From Octopus sinensis (lineage: Eukaryota): 25,996 nt of DNA. The position numbers and the translations under genes are program-made. The stretch covers positions 1 through 25,996 of the forward strand of contig NW_021836266.1 of the NCBI RefSeq assembly GCF_006345805.1. The letters are read 5' to 3'. This document shows positions 1-10,445 of the stretch, piece after piece; the first letter of the stretch is position 1; every line of letters begins with the position of its first letter. The notes under the pieces were generated by a model. The model was not told the DNA's origin. It did no database searches and worked only from the letters and a program-made list of their open reading frames with translations.

Positions 1-52
1 AGTTAGATAGTTAGATAGATGGATAGATTGATCGATCGATAGATAGATAGAT
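1..52 (+). repeat. Degenerate (GATA)n microsatellite
   Basis: agatag/atagat units with a few substitutions, directly visible. Confidence 0.85.
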
Positions 53-356
53 AAAGCTAGGTACTCAATATCTACCGACGTACATATCAGTTTATTTAAT
101 GGACAATACACCGGCCTAATTTTGTTATTCTACCATAATGAAAATAGTGGCGACCCTATTATTAATGAATAAATTTCCATAAACGAGTAATAATAAGCAA
201 ACAAATAATAACAAAATCGGAAATGAAAAACTGAAGCCATTTATAAAGCTATACTCCGGAATGAGTATATGGAGCTTTCGGTATCCGAATGAAACATTCT
301 CCAACTGCAGAAAGTAAATTGTATTAACGACCTTTCTCATACCTTCATCAGTGAGA

Positions 357-750
357 TGTGGAGGCGCAATGGCCCAGTGGTTAGGGCAGCGGACTGGCGG
401 TCATAGGATCGCGGTTTCGATTCCCAGACCGGGCGTTGTGAGTGTTTATTGAGCGAAAACACCTAAAAGCTCCACGAGGCTCCGGCAGGGGATGGTGGTG
501 ATCCCTGCTGTACTCTTTCACCACAACTTTCTCTCACTCTTACTTCTTGTTTCTGTTGTACCTGTATTTCAAAGGGCCGGCCTTGTCACTCTCTGTGTCA
601 CGCTGAATATCCCCGAGAACTACCTTGAGGGTGCACGTGTCTGTGGAGTGCTCAGCCACTTACACGTTAATTTCACGAGCAGGCTGTTCTGTTGATTCGG
701 ATCAACCGGAACTCTCGTCGTCGTAACCGACGGAGTGCTCCCCCCCCCCC
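357..750 (+). mobile_element. Full-length tRNA-derived SINE (body type A, tail 1) with 11-bp TSD and oligo-C tail
   Basis: Pol III A-box-like TGGCCCAGTGG and B-box-like GGTTTCGATTCC in the head. CATCAGTGAGA occurs at 346-356 and 751-761. Head and body are nearly identical to 9821-10217. Confidence 0.9.
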
Positions 751-1308
751 CATCAGTGAGAAACAATGAGCTATTGAAATAATGCGGTCTTTTGGGGGTT
801 CTCAGATAAATTCGATCGTTTTATTTCTACTTTATTTCTACCGTCATAAGTTTGAAAAGCAGTAAAATTCATTCAAATTTCAAAAATGATGAACGAAATT
901 TGTCCTGGAAGAATAGAGTTAGGCCGGTGTATAAGAGGCACCTTTTTTTAAAATTCTTTTATTCTTAAATGTACTCTTAAATGTAACAAACAATTGCTAT
1001 GCATTTAATGCGACTATATTACTGATGTATAAGTGAATGACGGAACGCTAACTTTTTTTCTCAAAATGTATTTACTCCGGAAATACGGAAAAATAGAAAA
1101 ATATAAAACACTTCGATAAAAGTATATTTTTTGTGTTAATTAAAATAATATTGGAAAGGATTAAAGTAAATGGAAAGAAAAACTGGAACAAATCTAACAA
1201 CCTAATATATAAAATTGTACTACATTATTCTACTGACATCATTCTAATTACATCATTCTACTGAGCATAAAAATAATAATAATAATAATAATTATTATTA
1301 TTATTATT

Positions 1309-1716
1309 ATTTGCTTGTCAGTTGTTTGACCTTAACCAGTTGAGCATGTCCCTTAGTGGCTGACGATATGTGCATCTCTGATCACGAGCAGAAGTAGTGG
1401 GGGAGCATCATAGCCATGTGTTGAGAGGGATTCTATGGGGTTTGAATAATTCACCTCTGGAAAATGGGTGGTTCTTTCAACATCCTTAAACAACCCTTAT
1501 TCAGGGACCTTTTGAGCGAGATGGGCTACTCGACCTGAAGAAAATTCTAACCGGGCCCCACCTGCAAGGTCATGCGCTGTTTATCTTGATAAACATATGG
1601 TTGTGATGCATGTGCCTGGTGTACCCTTATCAGACGGGTAGTCATGATGGGTATATTGGGCTTCGTATATTTTACCCCAGTGTCACTTTGATGGCATGAA
1701 CTGCTCTCTCTCACTC
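1309..1716 (+). mobile_element. Unclassified (AAT)n-tailed interspersed repeat, 5'-truncated copy
   Basis: Colinear with 18741-19296 from atttgcttgtcagttg to ctctctcactc, with a ~20-bp internal deletion near 1590. Followed by (AAT)n at 1717-1773. Confidence 0.8.
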
Positions 1717-1773
<57 letters not shown>

Positions 1774-2296
1774 TTTTTTTTTCTTTATCGGCCAAAAGGG
1801 CCGCACATAAAACAAAGGACGATACAACCATGGGAATTTACGTGTAGTACGTGTGAATAGTAAAAAAATAATTACAATTGATAAAAATTCCAAACAAGAA
1901 AATTCTCCAATCGGAGGGAAACTCCACTCAGGGGAAAACAAGAGACCCCACTCACCCTTGACACTCCGAACAGCAAAGGCACTTCGGGCGAGAACCCTGT
2001 GCATCATTAGGCACATCATGCCCAGCACCCAGTGCAGCGACTGCTGACGGTAATCGTCGAAGCAGAAGGTGAGATCTACCCTAGTCCCCAAGCCACCGCG
2101 CGCTCCTTCCATTTCAGCAAAGTGCTGCTCAAATTCCGCACACATCTGCTTGGATTCGAGCAGCAAGAGTCCGTCTTGGCCCGCCAAAGATCGAATTGTG
2201 GCTTTGATTCCACGTTGCACATCCACCACACTGGCTCACCGAACGGATTTTATTTTTTCGTGTCTTAGAGCATGCACCCTGGCTCTGACGAATTAT
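1774..2296 (-). mobile_element. Decayed, internally deleted L1/Tx1-like LINE fragment with A-rich 3' end
   Basis: Minus strand reads VRARVHALRHEKIKSVR*ASVVDVQRGIKATIRSLAGQDGLLLLESKQMCAEFEQHFA, resembling the ORF2 endonuclease-RT linker of L1/Tx1 elements. The 3' end ggccgataaagaaaaaaaaaa parallels ggccaatgaaagaa of the 17155-17940 element. Confidence 0.55.
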
Positions 2297-2604
2297 TTCT
2301 AATTTAAGCTCAAGGCCAGACATTTAAGAGGCGGTTAGTTAGTCGTTTACATCATCTCCATCCCCAGGCCTAGAACAATGAATGTTCATCTCTCAAGCGT
2401 TTTGTTTTACAGCGCACCTAGTGTGAAGAAAACCTGTGAACATATTTTACTGTTTGCGCCTACACCTCCTATTGTAAATATTCCATGTTGAAATAAAACC
2501 ATCAACACAGGGTGAAAAGATATTTATTTAATGGTTTAAAAAACTGAAAAAGAATCTTGCGTACGTCAATTATGTGGTGAAAGAAAACATAATAGGAATT
2601 TAGG

Positions 2605-2671
2605 AATGATGATGATAATAATAATAATAATAATAATAATAATATAATAATAATAATAATAATAAAATAAA

Positions 2672-2703
<32 letters not shown>

Positions 2704-2730
2704 CAATAATAATAATAATAATAAAATAAA

Positions 2731-2771
<41 letters not shown>

Positions 2772-2772
2772 C

Positions 2773-2802
<30 letters not shown>
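2605..2802 (+). repeat. Interrupted (AAT)n microsatellite with a duplicated higher-order unit
   Basis: Interruptions taaaataaaaat (2663, 2722) and aaaaacaat (2699, 2767) each recur in the same order. Confidence 0.9.
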
Positions 2803-2804
<2 letters not shown>

Positions 2805-3175
2805 CCGTGTTTCATTCGATGTTGTACTTGCTTGGCAGGTGACTTGTTCTTGTGGCACTCAGTTCCGTTTTTCTACCTGCAGCTTTAGAATTGTGTGTGT
2901 ACGTCTGTGTGTGTAAACTCACAAGCATTTATATAGAATGTATACACAAATATATATATATATATATATATATTTATTTATATATAAGCAATAATAAATC
3001 TCTGAGCGAGGTATAAACAATAGCTGCACGACATCGTGAAGTATATTTGCCGCTTAAATGTGGCTAACCCTTAAGGGTGAATGCTACTGTAACTTGTAGC
3101 CCTCCTGGGGTACAAGCTACAGTAGCATCCACCTTAAGGGTTAGCTACATTTAAGTGGCAAATATACTTCATGAC

Positions 3176-3205
3176 AATATATATATATATATATATATAT
3201 AGATA

Positions 3206-3270
<65 letters not shown>

Positions 3271-3280
3271 TATATATATA
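3176..3280. repeat. (AT)n microsatellite
   Basis: Direct observation; a shorter (AT)n lies at about 2950-2985. Confidence 0.9.
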
Positions 3281-3305
3281 ATGAGTGAACATGTAAAGAT
3301 ATATA

Positions 3306-3714
3306 TCTTTTACATGTTTCAGTCATTAGACTGCGGTCATGCTGGGGTACCGATTTGAAGAAATTTAATCGAATGTATCGACCCCAGTACTTGTTTTTAA
3401 AAGCCTGATACTTATTCTATCGGTGTCTTTAGCCGAACCGCTAACTTACAGGGAGGTGAACACATTAGCACCGGTTGTCAATAAGTTACGGCGGGGTACA
3501 AAGACAGATATAAAATCGCGCACGCACGCACGCACGCACGCACACACACACGACGGGCGTTTTTCACTTTCCGTTTTCCAAATCTACTCACAAGGCTTCG
3601 GTCGGCCCAAGGCTATAGTAGAAGACACTTGCTCAAGATACCACGCAGTGAAACTGAACCCGGAACCATGTGGTTGGGAAGCAACTTCTTACCACTTAGC
3701 CACGTCTGTCTGCG
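3306..3714 (-). mobile_element. tRNA-derived SINE family D with internal (GCAC)n/(CA)n microsatellite
   Basis: Reverse complement is colinear with 5891-6346 and 23391-23888 (gtggctaagtggtaagaagttgcttcccaaccacatggttccgggttcag head; gaataagta and tgactgaaac tail). Confidence 0.8.
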
Positions 3715-3760
3715 TAAACATATATATGTCTATGTACGTATATGTTTGTGTATGTATCTG

Positions 3761-3800
<40 letters not shown>

Positions 3801-4100
3801 GTGTGTCCTATATATATATATATATAATCAAAATAAGTAACAGGATATCAAGTATTAGTGCAATACGCCCGTTTTAAGCGGCTCCATTTAATTGAGCAAT
3901 GCAAGCATTACATCAGTTTAAATATAGTGCTATCTTCAGTTGCAGCAAACATGGATTTTCAATAGACAAGATATATTTATGTAATTTTTCTCAAGCATTT
4001 TGCCACAGCTTGAGGATGAAAGTATTTCATGCTGTCGCTATTGCAGTAAGACTATTCTGAGAGAAGAACTACAATTTTGGAGTTGCATGTGTATCTTCCT

Positions 4101-4135
<35 letters not shown>

Positions 4136-5224
4136 TTATACACACACACACATATTCATATACACAAATAGATACAGATGATGCTAATACACTTATTTAT
4201 CAGTTTCAATCGTTTCTATAGCTTGTGGAAATATTACATCAATCAACCTGTTAGATTATTCAAAATTAAGAATTACCTAAGCCATATAATATTCAATGAA
4301 AATTTCCGCCAAGCGTCTCGTCTGACTAGACGTAGATGCAATGTGAACTTACATTTTGAAAGAATAAATAAAATGAGAAAAGGCGGGGCTTATTCTGTCA
4401 TAGTAATAAATCAAATAACAAGCTGTCACACAATCAGAGAAAACATTTAAGAGCAGTGTTATTAAGTTGCAGACCATGTGTTTCGAGTTCGAAGCCATTC
4501 TTACTTCAACTCTCAACAAATTAAAGTACCAGTCAAGGTTGTACATATGCTTAAGTATCTGTGACGTATATATATACCGTATATACTCGGCTATAAGTCG
4601 CACTTTTTTCCCTGTAGTGGGAAACAAACAGAGATACAAAGATACACACACACAAACAAATAAACACGCCAAAGAAAACGGGTACGATTTAATCGATTAA
4701 CCGTTACCTGAAGCCTCTCGTCTTGTGTCTTTATCGCAAACAAATATTTACAAGCAAATGGCATTCAACATGGAAAGCAAAACGATTAAATTGTTAAACC
4801 GTCCGTAACGTCAGGAATCCCATATCTGTTTTAAGAAAGCTTTGACGCCATCAAACCGAAATGTTTTGAAACAAAGTGTTGTGCAACCTCACCCACGTCA
4901 CACATTCTTCTCGCCCGTGGTTTACTTCATACATTCCGGGTCCCTACTTGTTGTTCAAGAACAAACTATATATTCGAATGGTTCAGATAAAAGCGGTCGA
5001 TATTAATAACTCATTACACGGAGATAGAGATGGCGACGGGGATGAAAACAGAGGCGCCATTTTGTTTAGCTTGGTATTGCTGTTATCTTTCAGGTAGAAA
5101 ATAGAGGATAACTTCCGGATAGGAAGCCATATCTTGTTGGTGTGATAAGAGGAACTTTTCCGTAAGAGCAGCAATTGTTTGCTACCAGGTTAATTGGGAG
5201 TGATAAGATTATTGCACAGGCGAT

Positions 5225-5730
5225 GTTGTGTGTGTGTGTGTATGTGTGTATGTACTCTTACATGTGTGGGGAAGTTCGTGTTCTCATGTATGTGTGTGGA
5301 TGTGTGTGTGTTTGTGTAATTACCTGTGAGTGGACGTTCGTGTTTTTGTGCATGTGTATATTTTCGTGTGCGCGAGTGTTCTTGTCTGTGGGTGTATGTT
5401 CGTTTATATGTATATACACTCCCATGCATGTTTGTGTGCGTGTGAATACTTATAGAAGCATTCTAAAAATAACTGTCACAAAATATTCACACGCATACAA
5501 TTGCATACAGACACACATACACACGCAACCACATACGTTCACTCATACACGCATACGAGCACATATATACACTTATATATGTGTGTATAGCAATATACAG
5601 CTGTATACTTTAGTCAGAATACATAAAAAGATATATAATTATTCATAAATTGCGCATACATACACACACCGGCAGATATGTATATACATGCCTGAGTATG
5701 TGTGTGCGTATGTATATGTGTGCGTGTATC
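5225..5730. repeat. Degenerate (GT)n block followed by a degenerate (CA)n/(TA)n block
   Basis: GT-rich at about 5225-5445, CA-rich at about 5485-5670. Confidence 0.75.
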
Positions 5731-5890
5731 CATGTACGTATGACGTGTATATTTACTAATATTCCGCGACTAGCATCGTTTTATATTGTTTTAGATTGTT
5801 TTTTCTCACCTCATAATTACTTCTAATTAATTATTTTTAAATGTATCCTGTATTATCGTGTCTTTCGGCATTCATGTCGACATTGTATAT

Positions 5891-6346
5891 AGGCGCAGGA
5901 GTGGCTGTGTGGTAAGTAGCTTGCTAACCAACCACATGGTTCCAGGTTCAGTCCCCCTGCGTGGCATCTTGGGCAAGTGTCTTCTGCTATAGCCCCCGGG
6001 CAGACCAATGCCTTGTGAGTGGATTTGGTAGACGAAACTGAAAGAAGCCTGTCGTATTTATTATACTATATATATATATTATATATATAATATATATATA
6101 TATATATATTATATATATGTATGTGTGTGTGTGTTGTGTGTCTGTGTTTGTCCCCCTAACATTGCTTGACAACCGATGCTGGCTGGTATATTTACGTCCC
6201 CGTAACTTAGCGGTTTCGGCAAAAGAGACCGATAGAATAAGTACTGGGCTTACAAAAGAATAAGTCCCGGGGTCGTTTGCTCGACTAAAGGCGGTGCTCC
6301 AGCATGGCCGCAGTCAAATGACTAAAACAAGTAAAAGAGTAAAAGA
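5891..6346 (+). mobile_element. tRNA-derived SINE family D with internal (AT)n(GT)n microsatellite
   Basis: Head ggcgcaggagtggctgtgtggtaag...ggttcagtcc has A/B-box-like motifs; ends gtaaaagagtaaaaga; colinear with 23391-23888. Confidence 0.85.
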
Positions 6347-6765
6347 AGGTGAGCATTAGTGTAAGCATTCAAACACCGTCACTACCTTTCCAGCCACTAC
6401 TGCACTTCACATGAAACTTTTGTCCTCCAAAGTTATCTTGGATTTATTAGTGAACCTACCTTTATTTTATGTAAATTTTGGTCTGAAAAACTCAACTCGT
6501 ATGCCGGAAAATACTATAAACACGAACCCGAAACCAAATGGCTGCAAAGTGAGCTTCTTAACCTCACCGCCAAGCCTTTGCCTATGTATACGTTACGAAA
6601 TATTCCGGGGAGTAATCGGGTATCATAGGATCAGCTGGTTTGACCATCGAACAAACGAGCCAGTAGCGGAGGAAAGTGAAGCAGAAAGAAAACTACCAAC
6701 TTACTTGGAGCCCATTTGACTTGCGTCTGTCCAGAGATATGTTTCTTTATTAGCCACACAGGGCT

Positions 6766-6776
6766 AGATAGATAAA

Positions 6777-6870
<94 letters not shown>

Positions 6871-6901
6871 GTTTAGGCACAGATAGATAAAAAGATAGAT
6901 T

Positions 6902-6972
<71 letters not shown>

Positions 6973-6985
6973 GACAGATAGATAT

Positions 6986-7044
<59 letters not shown>

Positions 7045-7082
7045 CAGACAGACTGAAATGCCGCCAGCGCAAACACAATTGA

Positions 7083-7113
<31 letters not shown>

Positions 7114-7200
7114 GACACATACACACATACACCTATACACACCTACACAGGCACACACACACACACACACAGGCAGGCACGCACATGCACACACTCACAC
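6766..7200 (+). repeat. Compound microsatellite (GATA)n-(GA)n-(CA)n
   Basis: Direct observation; the GATA array is interrupted by GTTTAGGCACA at 6871-6881. Confidence 0.9.
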
Positions 7201-7524
7201 ACGGGCATATAAAGGCAGAGACACGAAATAAGCCAATAACTTGCATCAAGTCTCAAAGTTGTTCCCGACTGTTCTGTGGTGCACATCGATCTTTCTCCGT
7301 CTTCACTAATCTTCATTTAATCCAATCGACTAATCCACTTTCACATCGTCATTAGTGACAACAGACTTCGCCACTCCCGTGTAATATGGTCATATCACAC
7401 ACGCTGTGAGGATTACCGCCAACAGACAGACAATCTGGTGATTGATTATTCCGCTATTCCGCTGTTCCACTACTTCGTTGCCTGCATTCGTGTTTTATTG
7501 TAATGCCTGGATGAGAGACCAGGA

Positions 7525-7560
<36 letters not shown>

Positions 7561-7773
7561 TCTATATATATATATATATATACATACATACATACATTCA
7601 CTCATACATATATGCAAACACACACACACACATACATGCATATATTCATGCATACATATATATAATATATATGTATGTATATGTGTATATATGTGTGCCT
7701 GTGTATTTATATATGTGCATATATATATATGTATATATCTGTCTATATACATATATATATGCGTGTATCTATG

Positions 7774-7864
<91 letters not shown>

Positions 7865-7874
7865 GTGCCTAAAC

Positions 7875-7930
<56 letters not shown>

Positions 7931-7949
7931 GTGTCTATCTATCTATCTA

Positions 7950-8012
<63 letters not shown>

Positions 8013-8130
8013 ATGTATGCATGTATGTGTGTTTGTATATATATATATATATATATATACTTACATGTATTTATGTGCTTATGTTTAAATATGTGTTTGT
8101 GTATATGTATGTGTGTGTGTGTGTGTGTAC
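7525..8130 (+). repeat. Compound microsatellite (CATA)n/(TA)n-(TATC)n-(TA)n-(TG)n
   Basis: Direct observation; the TATC array is interrupted by TGTGCCTAAAC at 7864-7874. Confidence 0.9.
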
Positions 8131-8344
8131 ACAGTAACTTGGTTACGTCAACTTTTACTGGTTAAATGTCAAGGTAAGGTTGTATTTTTGCTGTGATGTA
8201 GTTTTTATTGTGATTCCGATTTTGATCTTCAGGCAACAGCTAATGAGAGAGAACAGTTTCCATATTATTCTCTTGTCCTCTGCCTTTTATCTGCTGTCTG
8301 GATTTCAGTCATTTTATAGAATTATTTCATATACTGAAGGTTGT

Positions 8345-8678
8345 CGGAGCAGTGTGGCCGAATGGTTTTAAAGTTTTTTCATTGCAACCATGAGATCATA
8401 ATTTCAATCTCAGAGTGTGACATCACGCGAAAATGGAATTTTCTAGCGTCTCAGGCGGATCCAAATCTTGCGAGTAAAAATGGGTTGACGGAGACAGTAA
8501 ACAAAGCCCACCAACGGGGGCTGAATCTGCAATTCAAAAGTCCAACCTTGTCTCATGCTGTGTCACGCTGATTCTGCCGGGGAATAACGTTTATGTTACG
8601 CATCTCTGTGGAATATTCAACCACTTACATGTTAATTCGGGGGCAGGAAATTCAGTTAGTGAAACAACTGAATCCTCA
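8345..8678 (+). mobile_element. Old, highly diverged SINE related to 357-750
   Basis: Degenerate head gtgtggccgaatggtt. The segment ccttgtctcatgctgtgtcacgctga...ccacttacatgttaatt matches the tail-1 region of 357-750. Confidence 0.5.
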
Positions 8679-8969
8679 TTGTTCCTTCTCGAGCCATGCC
8701 TGGCTCATAAGGGCCGGTTTCCTTGGCGTATAGGCTCCCCACCTAGACGGGACGCCGGTCCGTCGCAGGTGAGCTGCAAGATGCAGGAGGAAAGAGTGAG
8801 AGAAAGTTGTGGCGAAAGAGTCAGCAAAAGTTCGCCATTACCTTCTGCCGGAGCCGCGTGGAGCTTAGGTGTTTCGCTCATAAACACACACATCACCCGG
8901 TCCGAGATTCGAACCCGCGATCCCTCAACCGCGAGTCCATGCTCTAACCACTAGGCCATGTGCCTCCAC
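8679..8969 (-). mobile_element. tRNA-derived SINE (body type A, tail 3)
   Basis: Minus-strand head gtggaggcacatggcctagtggttagagc...gggttcgaatctc. Body gagcgaaacacctaagctccacgcggctccggcag is shared with 357-750. Tail gaccggcgtcccgtc...atgagccaggc is shared with 19623-19880. Confidence 0.85.
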
Positions 8970-9168
8970 CATTCTGTAGGGAGTACGGCGTAATTTTTAT
9001 CACACCTTTATTGCCGACAACGGTTAACTTAAATACATACTTTATGCCAGACCAGACCATGAATTATGCTTTCAAGTATATATTATTTTACTTTTTTACT
9101 TGTTTCACTCATTAGACTGCGGCCTTGCTGGAGCACGTTATTATTCATTTGTTTTTCATTTCTTCCAG

Positions 9169-9306
9169 ATTATATGAGAACCCAATCTGCCTTCAGTATC
9201 ATATCGATATTCCTTATGTTCCTGGCTCACGTATTTGCCTTCTACTCTTTCAAGAGACCCAGGTATATTATAAAGCGGCTTACAGCACTTCTACATATGA
9301 TGACTG
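9169..9306 (+). CDS. Penultimate coding exon of a claudin/PMP22/EMP/MP20-superfamily four-TM protein (TM2, loop, start of TM3)
   Basis: Acceptor ttcatttcttccag|AT and donor ATGACTG|gtaagg; 138 nt, phase 1 at both ends. Encodes (D)YMRTQSAFSIISIFLMFLAHVFAFYSFKRPRYIIKRLTALLHMMT and splices in frame to the 10858 exon. Confidence 0.85.
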
Positions 9307-9320
9307 GTAAGGTCTTTTTT

Positions 9321-9600
9321 TCTTTCGGATATATGCAAGTGTTTCCGTATCGTCAATAATGACTGCAAATGTGTTTAATAATGAAATAAGATTACGATAT
9401 AGAAAATTTTGCTTTCTTTTAAATGCCTTTAATACTTAATAATAGACGTCGTATTAAAAATCTTTCGGTTTTATGCAAGTGTTTCCGTATCGTCAATAAT
9501 GACTGCAAATGTGTTTAATAATGAAATAAGATTACGATATAGAAAATTTTGCTTTCTTTTAAATGCCTTTAATACTTAATAATAGACGTCGTATTAAAAA
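9321..9600 (+). repeat. 140-bp tandem duplication
   Basis: 9321-9460 and 9461-9600 are identical except ggatat versus ggtttt near the unit start. Confidence 0.95.
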
Positions 9601-9820
9601 TTTTGATTAAAATGATAACTTTTTTCGATTCAATATTTGGTTTAGAAATATATAAGCCAGTATAGTAAATAAAGGAGATAACATGAGGTGGCTGAGATGA
9701 CCGAGCATCGAACTTAATATATTTCAATTGCTGTACAACCACAACTACCAGGAAAACGTTAAGGTTAAACTCAACGACAGAAGAAACAGTAGCAAAGCAG
9801 CAAAAACAACAGCAACAGCA

Positions 9821-10217
9821 GTAGAGGCGCAATGGCCCAGTGGTTAGGGCAGCGGACTCGCGGTCGGAGGATCGCGGTTTCGATTCCCAGACCGGGCGTT
9901 GTGTGTGTTTATTGAGCGAAAACACCTAAAGCTCCACGAGGCTCCGGCAGGGGGGTGGTGGCAACCCCCTGTTGTACTCTTTCACTCCAACTTTCTCTCT
10001 TTCTTCCTGTTTCTTGTCCTCCCCGACTTCCTACGCAACCGCTGATGCGCATTCATCCATCCGTCGATGCTCTCGGTGTCGGGGGTTGACCTGCTTTCTC
10101 TTCTGTTGGTCTTACGAATAGCAAAGGACCACATTTCGGACTTCTCCCACTACAGAGGCGCGATCTTGCGAGCTCTGGGACGAAGACTGCTTCGCTCAAC
10201 AAAGAAACAAACAAACA
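9821..10217 (+). mobile_element. tRNA-derived SINE (body type A, tail 2) ending in (AAAC)n
   Basis: Head and body nearly identical to 357-750 but the 3' ~200 bp are unrelated. Possible 13-bp TSD AACAGCAACAGCA at 9808-9820 and 10218-10230, within a simple repeat. Confidence 0.85.
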
Positions 10218-10445
10218 AACAGCAACAGCAACAACTAAAGCAACAATAACAAAGCATTAAGAAGAACAACAACAGCAACAACAGCAACAATAGCAACTGC
10301 AACAGCAGTAACAACAACGGCAGTAACTGTAGAAACGACAACATTAACAACAACTGTAACCGCAGCAGTAACAACAACAGCTACAATAACAATAACAACA
10401 CCAAAATCAGTAACTGCAATAACATCCAATAGCAACAATAACGAC
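10218..10445 (+). repeat. Degenerate (AAC/AGC)n trinucleotide repeat
   Basis: Direct observation. Confidence 0.8.

Noticed and set aside
125-340. 71-aa hydrophobic minus-strand ORF
   Set aside because: Hydrophobicity follows from A-rich plus-strand composition; no family motif or splice context.
361-435. tRNA-like sequences at SINE 5' ends (also about 5892, 8900-8969, 9824, 16811, 19810-19880, 21815)
   Set aside because: They have A/B boxes but continue into shared SINE bodies and often have TSDs; no convincing complete cloverleaf, so they are not called tRNA genes.
4876-5200. Non-repetitive stretch with ORFs and a ttcag/gtag site
   Set aside because: As an acceptor, all three frames stop quickly; as a donor, the upstream frame has no acceptor or claudin-like motif.
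6360-6719. 102-aa ORF and a second open frame after an acceptor-like ctttccag
   Set aside because: No recognisable domain and no phase-compatible donor joining the 9169 exon.
6631-8165. Long ORFs with SIYL, CV, YI or HT repeats here and across 2502-2858, 5175-5648, 11648-15146 and 24843-25767
   Set aside because: Stop-free reading of GATA, GT, AT, CA and AAT microsatellites.
8180-8371. Hydrophobic ORF segment IILLSSAFYLLSG as a candidate TM3 exon, and the strong-looking gtaagg donor near 8173
   Set aside because: There is no GT donor at the required position, the true TM2-TM3 exon is 9169-9306, and the nearby donor has no acceptor with a pyrimidine tract.
9321-9600. CRISPR-like or other repeat-spacer array, here or anywhere in the window
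   Set aside because: No regularly spaced short repeats with unique spacers, no cas-like ORFs, and the DNA is clearly eukaryotic.
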